A stretch of DNA of 52,448 bases, from IMG/VR virus record IMGVR_UViG_3300038393_000730, positions 1-52,448 of that record; one strand, given 5' to 3'. Of the stretch, positions 28,090 through 37,041 are shown in pieces (position 1 is the first letter of the stretch; each line of letters opens with the position of its first letter). The DNA is from a virus (taxonomy: Duplodnaviria; Caudoviricetes). Both the position numbers and the translations under genes were made by a program. The notes under the pieces are model-generated. The model saw only the letters and a program-made list of their open reading frames with translations. It searched no databases and had not been told where the DNA came from.

Positions 28090-29267
28090 AGGGTGGCCCC
28101 GCCGATGATGCCCGGCGCAGGCTGGCCTGCCGCGATGCCCTGCGTGCCGGCGCTGGACGGCGCGAAGTTGAGCAGGTCGCCCAGGTTCAGGTTCGAAATC
28201 GCCCCGTTGATCTGCATGCCGTTTTTCAGCAGTTGCAGCTGGTTGTCCACCGCCGCCTGCTTGGCCGCGCCGTCCAGATCCTTGCTGGCCGAAATGGTGG
28301 CGATGTTCTGCGTGATCTGGCTATACAGGTTCTGGGCCGAGGCGTTGGCCTGCATGACCGTGTGGTATTGCGCCTCGATGTTGGCCAGCTTGATCTGGTT
28401 GTCGTTGGACAGGTTCGCCAGGTTGGTCTTGGTCTGGTTGTCCAGGTACGCCAGGTTCGTCTGCGTCTGCGCCTGCAGGTTGGCTATCGCCACCTGCGTC
28501 TGTGCCGACAGGTTGGCGCGCGAGGCGTCGTTCTTGGCGTCCACGTTATGCACCGCGAACTGGTTCTGCTCGTCGGCGTTGTAGCCCGCCGCCTTGGCGT
28601 AGGTCGATGCGTCCGAGGTCGCAATCGGCACCGCCGCCCGGTAGGCCGAATCCATTGCCGCCGTCTCGCCAATGCTCGAGTTGAGCAGGCCGCGCTCGTT
28701 GGCCAGTTCCAGCCCTTGCGTTCTGGCTTGCTGGATGATGGGGCTGTTCGGGTCGAGGATCTTGCCCAGTTGCCCCGCCACGGTCTGCTCGCCCGTCACG
28801 TTCCATGCGGTCGGGTTGCCCAGTTGCGCAGCGGTGTAGCCTGCCACCGAGGCGGTAGGTGCGACAGGCGGCTTGGGTGCATGCAGCGCCTTGTACTCGT
28901 CCGAGTTCATGATCGAGTCGCGCACCTGGTCCAGCGTCGTGCCGGTGCCCATGTTCTGCGTGTAGAAGCCCAGCCCGGCCTGATCGGCCTGCCGCCCCAG
29001 CAGCGACTGGTACAGATCGCCAACCTGGCTGCGGAAGTCCGGCGTAGTCGCGGCGCCCGGCGCGGATACCGACGCAGGCGCTGCCGTGGGGGCAATGGGC
29101 GCGGCAGTCGGCGCAGGCGTCGGCGCCGGGGTAGAGCCGGCTGCGACTGCCGTATTGATGATGCCGGTCGGCTGTGCAACCGTGCTGCCCGACAAGCCCT
29201 GCGTGGCAGTGGCGTTGATGTTGGCGGCCGGATCGTTCATTGCCGAACTGATGATGGATTGTGCCAT
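28086..29267 (-). CDS. Virion protein with a DUF4214-like domain
   Basis: AAAGGAG SD; LYQSLLGRQADQAGLGFY...IMNSDEY; ANERGLLNSSIG motif. Confidence 0.72.
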   Translation of the reverse strand: MAQSIISSAMNDPAANINATATQGLSGSTVAQPTGIINTAVAAGSTPAPTPAPTAAPIAPTAAPASVSAPGAATTPDFRSQVGDLYQSLLGRQADQAGLGFYTQNMGTGTTLDQVRDSIMNSDEYKALHAPKPPVAPTASVAGYTAAQLGNPTAWNVTGEQTVAGQLGKILDPNSPIIQQARTQGLELANERGLLNSSIGETAAMDSAYRAAVPIATSDASTYAKAAGYNADEQNQFAVHNVDAKNDASRANLSAQTQVAIANLQAQTQTNLAYLDNQTKTNLANLSNDNQIKLANIEAQYHTVMQANASAQNLYSQITQNIATISASKDLDGAAKQAAVDNQLQLLKNGMQINGAISNLNLGDLLNFAPSSAGTQGIAAGQPAPGIIGGATL

Positions 29268-29318
29268 GCAGGCTCCTTTGACGATGCCGGGCAGATACTA
29301 TGAATTATCGCCCAAAAC

Positions 29319-29519
29319 TTACCAAAAATCACTAAAACCGATGTTCCAGCCGTCGATTGCGGCCTGTTGCGCCAGGGCTTTTTCAGCCTCGGTACGGTAG
29401 CGGATCAGCGCCCCGTGGCGCCCGCACTTGCAGGCCAGTTGCAGCGCCGGTTCCGGGCCGTCGTGGCAGGTCAGGATCGCGGGTTCCTGACCGCACTTGC
29501 AGGGCTGCGGGGTATTCAT
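29319..29519 (-). CDS. Small Lar-like Zn-ribbon protein
   Basis: PCKCG...CKCG...AIDGWN; ATGA-coupled. Confidence 0.55.
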   Translation of the reverse strand: MNTPQPCKCGQEPAILTCHDGPEPALQLACKCGRHGALIRYRTEAEKALAQQAAIDGWNIGFSDFW

Positions 29520-30688
29520 GCGGCCTGCAGCATGGCTACGTCGCAGCGATGGCGCTCGACTTCGCCATGATCTTTGTGCAGAACGATCAAACGCATGTCG
29601 CGGCCGGCGCGGTAGCCCTGTCCGGCATGCCATGCATCGCGCGCAGCAAGCGTGCGGAAGTACTCGACCACGCCGCCGCGGTATTCCTTGATGTCCTGGT
29701 GGTGGACGTGGCCTACATACACATACCGATGGACGGTGGCACCCCAGTCTTCCGGGCGGTCGGCAGCCATCACCGGCACCATGTCCGGCCCCTTGATCGT
29801 GTCGCCGTGGGTCGAGCCGATCAGCACCTTGCCGAAGCGGTAGTACCACATCGTCGCGGGCGACAGGTCAACCTCGATGCGCGGCTCATTATGGAAGTAG
29901 CACGACAGCATGAGCGCCAGCGCGTAGGCGGAGTGCCCATCATGGTTGCCGCGGTTGATGCGCAGGATGACCTTCTGGTGCTTCTCCAACAGGCGGCGAG
30001 CGCAGTGGATCATGGCCATCAGGCCCACCTTCTGCACCTTGGCCCAGCGCCCGTCCACGTCGAGCTGGTGGCCGGACTGGCTCTGGTTCTTCTGGTTGTC
30101 CGCATGGAACATATCGCCCAGGTTCAGCAGCAGGGCCGTGTGCGCGGCCGGCGCGCTCGCCACCAGCCTGTCTACGGCGCCGCATGTCAGCGCTTCGGCT
30201 TTCTTGAGGTCGAAGTCATCCCCAGCATCCTGCCACCACGCATGCATTCCAAAATGCGGGTCGCCCATCGGGTACACGCACATCAGGTCCGCATCCGCGA
30301 CGGCGGGCGGCTTGGTCAGCGGGGCGAGGCCCTTGATGTCCAGCGCAAGGTCGGCCGCGAACTCGCGCAGCAGTTCCTGTGCGCGCGCCTGGTCCGGGCT
30401 CTGGCGCTCCCACGTCCGCTCAACCTCACCGGACGGGCCACGCTGTACTGTTACCTTGCCCATGTTGAAGCCTGGCGCCACGCCGTTATCGAAGTGGCCG
30501 GGGGCGTAGCCCTGCCGCGCCGCCTCCTTGCGCACGCGATCGACTGCCTCGTTGACGGCGTTCTTGGCGCAGCCAAGTGCAGCGGCAGCCTTGCGCGCGC
30601 TGCCGTGCTCGATGATGGCGTCGATGTACTTCCGCTGTGCTTCCGTTCGCGCGTACTCGCGCAGCTTCGGATCGATGGTACAGGTCAT
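29516..30688 (-). CDS. Calcineurin-like metallophosphoesterase with N-terminal HTH
   Basis: GDPHFG, LGDMFH, GNHD, HGD, GHVHH; SARKAAAALG HTH. Confidence 0.85.
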   Translation of the reverse strand: MTCTIDPKLREYARTEAQRKYIDAIIEHGSARKAAAALGCAKNAVNEAVDRVRKEAARQGYAPGHFDNGVAPGFNMGKVTVQRGPSGEVERTWERQSPDQARAQELLREFAADLALDIKGLAPLTKPPAVADADLMCVYPMGDPHFGMHAWWQDAGDDFDLKKAEALTCGAVDRLVASAPAAHTALLLNLGDMFHADNQKNQSQSGHQLDVDGRWAKVQKVGLMAMIHCARRLLEKHQKVILRINRGNHDGHSAYALALMLSCYFHNEPRIEVDLSPATMWYYRFGKVLIGSTHGDTIKGPDMVPVMAADRPEDWGATVHRYVYVGHVHHQDIKEYRGGVVEYFRTLAARDAWHAGQGYRAGRDMRLIVLHKDHGEVERHRCDVAMLQAA

Positions 30689-30711
30689 TGCGGCCCTTTC
30701 TCGGGGTGGTG

Positions 30712-30909
30712 CTACGACTGCAAACGCTGCGCGAACTCGCCGCAGATGCTGGTTCTGGTCACGCTCGGGAACACGAAAATCACGCTGGTATCGACCACGA
30801 GGGGAACCGGGGGATAGCGCCGGCATTCGCCCTCGGCATCCTTGGGCTCGGCCACGAAGCAACGGCAGGTGCCGCAGGCGTTGATGTCCGGTGCTTTCTT
30901 GCGCGGCAT
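30712..30909 (-). CDS. Small Cys-rich protein
   Basis: CGTCRCF, GECRRYPP, FP.V...CGEF. Confidence 0.65.
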   Translation of the reverse strand: MPRKKAPDINACGTCRCFVAEPKDAEGECRRYPPVPLVVDTSVIFVFPSVTRTSICGEFAQRLQS

Positions 30910-30912
30910 GGC

Positions 30913-31494
30913 CTATCTCCCGGTGGAATCGACCGCGTGTTTCAGGGCGTCGTATTCGATGACGCAGGCTTTGGCGGCGGCGATGGCGGTGTTGCGGGAA
31001 ACCCGGACCCGCTCAAGATCTCCTGCCACTGCTGGATCGAGAGTGACGCTTGTGCTGCCGCTTCCCGAATCCACGGCGCCAGTTCCGGCGCTGCTATCCG
31101 CTCCGGGTGCAGGATTTGTGCCGGTGCCGATGGCGCGGATGAGCACCCGCTCACGCTCCACACCAGCGCGCAAACGAGACTCGCGCTCAGATGAAACTGC
31201 TTTTGCATCTTGGACCTCCTTCGTCAGTTGCTCGACCTGGCCCTGCGCTGCTGCCAGTTGTTCGCGCGCGGCGTACACTTGTGCGTTCAGCCGCGCCAGT
31301 TCGACCTTGGCCGCTTCGTCGCGTTGCCGGTCGATCGCATCGCGCCGCGCGGATTCCTGTGCCACCCCTTGTTCTAGCTTGTCATGGCCGTACCACAGCA
31401 GGGTGCCGTAGCCGAGCGCCACCACAGCGACGATGGCCAGCAGTTCCGCGGCCCAGCGCGGCAGGGCGATGCGGGCCAGCAGTTCGGCGATCAT
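30913..31494 (-). CDS. Rz-like inner-membrane spanin
   Basis: N-terminal TM, coiled coil, C-terminal Cys; follows holin and endolysin. Confidence 0.8.
   Translation of the reverse strand: MIAELLARIALPRWAAELLAIVAVVALGYGTLLWYGHDKLEQGVAQESARRDAIDRQRDEAAKVELARLNAQVYAAREQLAAAQGQVEQLTKEVQDAKAVSSERESRLRAGVERERVLIRAIGTGTNPAPGADSSAGTGAVDSGSGSTSVTLDPAVAGDLERVRVSRNTAIAAAKACVIEYDALKHAVDSTGR
30942..31208 (-). CDS. Rz1-like outer-membrane spanin lipoprotein embedded in Rz
   Basis: AAGGAGG SD; lipobox VSGC; Pro-rich; nested in another frame. Confidence 0.8.
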   Translation of the reverse strand: MQKQFHLSASLVCALVWSVSGCSSAPSAPAQILHPERIAAPELAPWIREAAAQASLSIQQWQEILSGSGFPATPPSPPPKPASSNTTP

Positions 31495-31688
31495 TTGGCG
31501 GGGTCCGGGAAAACCATCTTGAGCAGCGCCGAGACGATGCCGCCGAGGCCCGCTGCCTGCCCCCAGTCGAGGTTTGCTGCCCACTTGGCCCCGGCCAGCG
31601 TCAGGCAAAAGCCAATGCCCTGCCATGTCGATTGCTCACCGAGGCGGGCTGCGAGATATTCGGCAGCGCTGCGGATTCGTTCTTTCAT
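31491..31688 (-). CDS. Putative holin
   Basis: 65 aa, two TM segments, RLGEQSTWQG; AAAGGAG SD. Confidence 0.7.
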   Translation of the reverse strand: MKERIRSAAEYLAARLGEQSTWQGIGFCLTLAGAKWAANLDWGQAAGLGGIVSALLKMVFPDPAK

Positions 31689-32128
31689 GCGGGCTCCTTT
31701 GCGTCCTTAAGAAACAGTTCGGATTCGGCGTTGCGGCGCTTGACCAGCCCCGGAAGCTCCACGCCGTTTGAATGGGTCCACAGCTTGAACTGGGAGGCGG
31801 CAGCAAACACGCGCCCATCGTTGAGCATCTTGAGCAGGGTCGAGTGTGCGAACTTGTCGCCGCCCATGTTGAAGATGAACGAGGCCAGTGCGTCGAACTG
31901 GCCCTGCGTCAGCGGCACCTTGACCAGCCGAGCGATGTCCGACTCCGCCGATTGCAGGTCTTCTGCCAGCCATTGGTCGGCCTGCTCGCGCGTGCAGGAC
32001 ATCCCGAGCCGCACGCCCTTGGTATGGCCGATGCCGATAGTCGGCACTCCTGCCGGGCAAAGATAGGCTTGCAGCTTGCAGTCCTCGGCATCCTCGATCA
32101 GCTTGCGGCCCTGTGCGGAAGTCTTCAT
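31685..32128 (-). CDS. GH24 lysozyme (endolysin)
   Basis: E-x8-C-x5-T triad (EDCKLQAYLCPAGVPTIGIGHT), QFDALASFIFNMG, LPGLVKRRNAE. Confidence 0.92.
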   Translation of the reverse strand: MKTSAQGRKLIEDAEDCKLQAYLCPAGVPTIGIGHTKGVRLGMSCTREQADQWLAEDLQSAESDIARLVKVPLTQGQFDALASFIFNMGGDKFAHSTLLKMLNDGRVFAAASQFKLWTHSNGVELPGLVKRRNAESELFLKDAKEPA

Positions 32129-32130
32129 GC

Positions 32131-32394
32131 TCACCCTTTGAAATGCTGGAACAACCACAACGCCCCGGCCCCGATCGATCCCGACGCCCCGCCCACCATC
32201 ATCAGCGTGCGCCAGCCGCCGCGCGCCTCCGCCAATGTCTTCTGGATGTCCGCCACCATCGCCACCAGCTCCCGATTCGACTCCTGCAACTGGTCGATCG
32301 ACAGCTTCATGTGGCCGACTTCCACCTCCAGGCTGGCAATGTCGATGCGCGCTTGCGTTAGCGCCTCTGCGTGGGAATCGGTCTGTGGTGGCAT
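32131..32394 (-). CDS. Holin/antiholin-like protein (coiled coil plus C-terminal TM)
   Basis: Immediately upstream of the endolysin; ARGGWRTLMMVGG TM. Confidence 0.6.
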   Translation of the reverse strand: MPPQTDSHAEALTQARIDIASLEVEVGHMKLSIDQLQESNRELVAMVADIQKTLAEARGGWRTLMMVGGASGSIGAGALWLFQHFKG

Positions 32395-32491
32395 TGGCTT
32401 TCCTTTCTGGTCAGGGCATGGCTTATAAGGTCGGATTGTGGTGTATTTCCTGAGTGAATTAAACCTTCGGTTACAAAATTATTTAAACCGT

Positions 32492-32782
32492 TTATTCAGT
32501 TTTTCGCGCCGCCTTCTGGCAGTGGTTCTTTTCCAGCAGGTCGAGCAGTCGGCACAGCACGCAGCCCCACGTCCTTTTTTCCTGCATGGCGCGGTAGGCG
32601 CGGCTTGAAATCGTCTCGCTCGCGCTGCCGCCAGTGACCGCATTGCCGAGGTGGTCATAGCCCAGCGCGATATCCCACGCCCGCTGCCGCCCGGTGAGTG
32701 AGGCCAGTAGCAGCCAGGTCGAAGCCAGCAGATGCACCGCATGCGACAGCATCCAGACCGCGAGCAGGAGGACGGTTCTCAT
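32492..32782 (-). CDS. Conserved hypothetical phage protein
   Basis: DHLGNAVTGG..ETISSRA...C.LLD...HC. Confidence 0.65.
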   Translation of the reverse strand: MRTVLLLAVWMLSHAVHLLASTWLLLASLTGRQRAWDIALGYDHLGNAVTGGSASETISSRAYRAMQEKRTWGCVLCRLLDLLEKNHCQKAARKTE

Positions 32783-32785
32783 GGC

Positions 32786-33211
32786 TTATGCGGGCCAGGC
32801 AATCGTCGGCAGCATGGCCAGCAGTTCGGCCACCGTGGGCTGGGCCAGCGTTCCGGCTTCCACTTGCGCGAGAATGTCGTAGCACTTGGCCCATACCGCG
32901 TCACGCCAGTTGCGGCAGGCCGTGCCCTCGTCGCTGAACTTCTGGACCGTCGAGCCAACGTAGGTGCAGGCCGACAGGATGTTGTCGTAGTGGCGGGTCT
33001 GCGCCGTGGTATCGAGCAGGGTCTGTACGGCGTTGACATAATCGGCTTCCACGGGTGCCGGCGTCGGTGCAGGGATCTTGAAGAAGGTCGTGCCGTCCCA
33101 CCCGTCGCCAATCGTAGCGCCCGTACCGTCGATCAGGCCGGGCAGAATGTCGAGCGAATCGACCACGATCAGGTTGGTGACGATGCCGTTCTGGATGATG
33201 GCTGCTTGCAT
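32786..33211 (-). CDS. Tail fibre assembly/chaperone-like protein
   Basis: Follows the fibre gene; LDTTAQTRHYDNILSACTY...WRDAVW...LPTIAWP. Confidence 0.7.
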   Translation of the reverse strand: MQAAIIQNGIVTNLIVVDSLDILPGLIDGTGATIGDGWDGTTFFKIPAPTPAPVEADYVNAVQTLLDTTAQTRHYDNILSACTYVGSTVQKFSDEGTACRNWRDAVWAKCYDILAQVEAGTLAQPTVAELLAMLPTIAWPA

Positions 33212-33220
33212 GTTGGCTCC

Positions 33221-34207
33221 TTAATATTCGATGATGACGCCACCAGCCCCGCCAGCCTTCGACACGCCGTTAGCGGTCACGCCGGGACCGCCCTGCCCGA
33301 TACCAGTTGCGCTTGCGGCGTTGAAGGCGAGATTGTTAGCGAGCAGCGTGCTACCGCCGCTTTGGGCGTTGCCGATAGTGAGTGCCGGACCACCTGTCAC
33401 AGTGATATCGCCGTTGGCCGAGGTCAGGGTTGTAAAGCCGGCGCCGCTAACCGAACTCGCCCCGCCGACGCTGCCGGCTCCAACGTTCGAGGCAGGATTG
33501 CCTACACCGCCAGCGCCAACCGTGATGGTGTAGGTTGTCGTCGGACTCACGGCGCGGATGGACACGCTCGCATCGCCGCCTTTTCCAGCGTATGCGTAGT
33601 CGGTAGTGGTGCTGGTGCCGCCACCTTGACCACCGTCGATCACGGTGAATTTCGCCTTCGTTACGCCAGCCGGAGGGGTCCAGGTCTGCGTTGACAGGAT
33701 AACGACGAGGTTGGAAAAGCCGCCCAGCGTCACATCGCGGTCGGGCATGTAGACCTTGCGCGTCGTGTTGGTGGTCAGGCCCGAGGCGATCACTTGTACC
33801 TGCTTGGTCTTGTCGGTGCCGTCCACGAACTTGAGCACCGAGACGTTCAGCTTGTCGGTGAAGGACGCCGAGGGAGTTGTGGCACCATCGGTCGTCACCA
33901 GCTTGTCGGCGTTGCCGGTCTGCCCCGGCAGGGCTGCGCTGTAGGCTTGCTGGTTGACGTAATCGACGCTGGCAGCGAACGTGCCCGACGAGCCCACCGG
34001 CAGGGTCGGCACCTTGATCGTGCCGGCCGTGTAATCGTGGATGCCGCTCCAGTTCTGCCCAGTGATGGCACCCTTGCCGTTGATAGCATTTGATACGCTA
34101 TCAAAGCCTTGCGAAATCAGCGCGAATTCAGCGCGGATCAGCGACGAAGCACCGCGCGAAATGGCAACCGGCTGGCCGCTGCTGTAGGTGTAGTAGATAT
34201 TGCTCAT
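33221..34207 (-). CDS. Tail fibre protein with glycine-rich domain
   Basis: IRAEFALISQGFD anchor; TWTPPAGVT, GGQGG, ITVGAGG, C-terminal GVIIEY. Confidence 0.8.
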   Translation of the reverse strand: MSNIYYTYSSGQPVAISRGASSLIRAEFALISQGFDSVSNAINGKGAITGQNWSGIHDYTAGTIKVPTLPVGSSGTFAASVDYVNQQAYSAALPGQTGNADKLVTTDGATTPSASFTDKLNVSVLKFVDGTDKTKQVQVIASGLTTNTTRKVYMPDRDVTLGGFSNLVVILSTQTWTPPAGVTKAKFTVIDGGQGGGTSTTTDYAYAGKGGDASVSIRAVSPTTTYTITVGAGGVGNPASNVGAGSVGGASSVSGAGFTTLTSANGDITVTGGPALTIGNAQSGGSTLLANNLAFNAASATGIGQGGPGVTANGVSKAGGAGGVIIEY

Positions 34208-34222
34208 GGCGTCCTTTCGGGG

Positions 34223-36283
34223 TTAGCGTTCAAGGCGGCGCGGCGACGAGACAAACGTCAGCCCCTGCACCGTATGCGAGCCGTCCTGCGCCCGGTTGCT
34301 GTAAAAGGTGAAGCTGATGTTCTTCTCGGTGCCCTCGATCGACACCACGGGGTTGCTCAGGATTTGGGTATCCCACGAGAACGTGTCCCATGTGAAGCTG
34401 TCCCAGTACCCCCCGCCGCCGTTCAGTTGCTTGTCAGCCGTGGGTGCGGCAGGAAGCACGTCGGGGCTGCCGTAGCCGAAGTCGTAACTGATATTCACCT
34501 GCGAATAGGAACCAACCAGCACCTCCAGCACGGCGCGGCGCATGCGCTTTCGCATCATCGGGTCGCCCAGGTTGTTGAAGTGCAGGCGCATCCATGCCTC
34601 GACCGGCTGGCCGTCAAAGCTGGTGCCCACGTTGTCCTGGTAGACGTAGCCGTCGTCCGAGCCGAAGTAGGTCACTTCCTGCCCGGCCGAGAGTTCGGCC
34701 GTCTTCATGCAGCGCACGACACGCCCGTAATTGAGCGGCATGAGGCCGGACACCTTGCCACCCGTCAGACCCACCACGAGGCCGGTGCCGTCGCTGAAAA
34801 ACACGCGATACTGGTTCTTGCCCTTGAGCGTGGTCGAGGTGGTTTCCTTGCCCTGCTTGGCCGTCATCAGTGGCTGGATCTGGTGCGATACCGAGGCATA
34901 GTCGTAGTCGCCGTAGTCGAGTGTCGTGGTCAGCGCATGCAGGCCGCGCGCCGTCAGCCCGTAGATGTCATTCCCCACTGCTTGCACCGTGTAGGCGGCA
35001 AAGCCAAGGTCTTTCTTGGACGGCACGAGGGTGAAGCTCTGGTTGCTCGAGCCGTACAGGATGAAGGTGCGGTTGCGCGTGAAGATCGCCATGGACGATC
35101 CGCCCGTCGCGGAACCTGCCGCCTCCATGAAGCCGGTCACGGGCGAGCCGGTGGCAATCTCGCCGCCACCCAGCACCACGGTCCATGCATACGGGTTGCC
35201 GATGCCGCTCTGCTGCACCGAGCCGAGGAAGGACAGGAACAGGTAGTTCTTGTGCTCGAACACATGCAGCGGGGTATCGGTCGCCATCCCGGTATGGATC
35301 GGTATGTAGTTGGTGCCGTCGAACTCGAACGCGGTGTTGACGCCATCGGCACCGTACAGCTTTTCCGTATCCGTGCTGCCGGTGAAGTTGGCATTGACCG
35401 TCTCGACCTTGCCGCCCGGAGCGCGGGTGATCGCTGCGCTTGCGGTCGTTGCGGTGGCCTTCTGCGTGCCGCCCACGTAGATGCCCGAGCCATTGGCAAA
35501 GCCTGCGCCAGTCGGGGTACTGACGACAAGCGAGCCGGTGGCATCCGTCCCCCATGCGCCTTTGCGCAGCAGGACTTTGACGACCGTGCAGGTGGACGTG
35601 GCGCCGGATGCTGCGTTGGCGATCACGTCGCCCTCGTTGATCTGTGCTGTGCCGGTGCCGAACTGGATCTCGTAGCCGAACGCCACCTGCTGCCAGCCGG
35701 AGGCCGTGGCCTTGTACATGAGCCCAGCCGTTCCCCCGGCATTGTCGCGGAAGGCATAGACCACATCGCGGTACACGGCCACGCCTCGGATCGGGCCGGA
35801 GCCGGGGACCACGCCAATGTCGGTACGCAGGTCGTTCGCCGCCAGCAGCAGGTAGTCTGCATGGTCGGACGGGAACAGCGCCGCGTTCTGGCTGACGGGC
35901 GCGATGAGCGTGCCCACGGTGCCGGAACTGGTGATCGTTTCGCCCGACTGGAACGTGCCGGTCACACGACCCACCACGAGGTAGCCGGAGAAGATGCCAA
36001 GTACGCGCGCCGTCGCGCCTGAAGTCGCCCCGGTAATCGTGCCGCCCACGGTGGCCGCAACCGCGCCTGCCGTGTAATTGGCGATCCAGTATGAGGCCGA
36101 GGTAGGCGAGGTGCGCCCGTCGAACCGCTCGTAGCCGTCGATGCGCCGGTAGCCGCCCTCGATCTGGGGCTCGTAGTTCTGGGCATCCGACACCCGGCCC
36201 GGTGCGACGGCAATCGGCGGCGTCATGAGGTCCAGGCCACCCGCCAGAGCGTAGTGCTTCTGGTCGTTGCGTGCGAAGCGCAT
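34223..36283 (-). CDS. Tail tubular/nozzle (DNA-stabilisation) protein
   Basis: 686 aa, beta-rich; LAGGLDL, NYEP...GGYRRIDG; follows the adaptor gene. Confidence 0.75.
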   Translation of the reverse strand: MRFARNDQKHYALAGGLDLMTPPIAVAPGRVSDAQNYEPQIEGGYRRIDGYERFDGRTSPTSASYWIANYTAGAVAATVGGTITGATSGATARVLGIFSGYLVVGRVTGTFQSGETITSSGTVGTLIAPVSQNAALFPSDHADYLLLAANDLRTDIGVVPGSGPIRGVAVYRDVVYAFRDNAGGTAGLMYKATASGWQQVAFGYEIQFGTGTAQINEGDVIANAASGATSTCTVVKVLLRKGAWGTDATGSLVVSTPTGAGFANGSGIYVGGTQKATATTASAAITRAPGGKVETVNANFTGSTDTEKLYGADGVNTAFEFDGTNYIPIHTGMATDTPLHVFEHKNYLFLSFLGSVQQSGIGNPYAWTVVLGGGEIATGSPVTGFMEAAGSATGGSSMAIFTRNRTFILYGSSNQSFTLVPSKKDLGFAAYTVQAVGNDIYGLTARGLHALTTTLDYGDYDYASVSHQIQPLMTAKQGKETTSTTLKGKNQYRVFFSDGTGLVVGLTGGKVSGLMPLNYGRVVRCMKTAELSAGQEVTYFGSDDGYVYQDNVGTSFDGQPVEAWMRLHFNNLGDPMMRKRMRRAVLEVLVGSYSQVNISYDFGYGSPDVLPAAPTADKQLNGGGGYWDSFTWDTFSWDTQILSNPVVSIEGTEKNISFTFYSNRAQDGSHTVQGLTFVSSPRRLER

Positions 36284-37005
36284 CAGCACAGGCTCCCGCC
36301 GAAGCCCACCTGCGGCGCCTGGTCCTGCATCAGTTCGCGCATCAGGCGGTCGTAGCCATCCATGCCACGGTCGTACACGTCCGGCGCATTCTCGTAGGCG
36401 CCATAGTACTGCATGGCCTTGTAGACGATCGCCATGTGGAACTGGCCCGGCATCGAAGGCAGGTCGGTGTCGTTGGCCAGTCCTTGCGGCGCTTGGTAGG
36501 CTTCGCCCTCGATCACGTAATCGGCGTCCGGCGCGGGCCCGAGGATCAGGTTCTTCTGCGGATCCACCGTGAACACGTAGGGCCGCCGCGACACGAGCGA
36601 GTTTGCACCGAACAGCCAGTAGTTGCGGAAGTTGTCGTAGTCCTCCCACTGCAGGAACTGTTCAGCCGCAATCCCCACCGAGGCTGGGTAGCAGCGCAGC
36701 GAGTTGCGCTTGTAGCTTTGCAGGTTCACGATGCCCGCTTGCGCCGGAGTGTAGCTCCTGCCGTTAGCCTGCGTCGCCGTGAAGCTGAACGACTGGCGCA
36801 GGAAAAACCAGTCGGTGCGCTTCCGCTGCACTTCGAGCCAGGCTTCGTTGAACCAGTTCGACAGCCGCACGATTTCGGCCGGCAGCGTGCCTTGCAGCGT
36901 GACCGGATCGGCACCGGACACGCCACATTCGCGCTTCAGGCGCTGCACGCCTTGCAGGTAGGTCAGGCTGTGCGTGTTCGGGAGGATGGTGGCAATGATG
37001 GTCAT
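36283..37005 (-). CDS. Head-tail adaptor / tail tubular protein A-like
   Basis: WFNEAW.EVQ...W.FL, LGPAPD..Y, P.MP.QFH.AIVY.A. Confidence 0.75.
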   Translation of the reverse strand: MTIIATILPNTHSLTYLQGVQRLKRECGVSGADPVTLQGTLPAEIVRLSNWFNEAWLEVQRKRTDWFFLRQSFSFTATQANGRSYTPAQAGIVNLQSYKRNSLRCYPASVGIAAEQFLQWEDYDNFRNYWLFGANSLVSRRPYVFTVDPQKNLILGPAPDADYVIEGEAYQAPQGLANDTDLPSMPGQFHMAIVYKAMQYYGAYENAPDVYDRGMDGYDRLMRELMQDQAPQVGFGGSLC

Positions 37006-37041
37006 GCGCGGTCCTTATGCTGAGCTGGGGTTGGCATGGGC

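Noticed and set aside
31685-32128. Cys replacing Asp in the lysozyme triad as a sign of inactivation
   Set aside because: E-C-T triads are known in active GH24 phage lysozymes
34223-36649. Extended N-termini from the ORF track (also at 4099, 10718, 16185, 29516, 30913, 47743)
   Set aside because: The extensions overlap upstream genes; downstream ATGs with SD or stop-start coupling are more plausible
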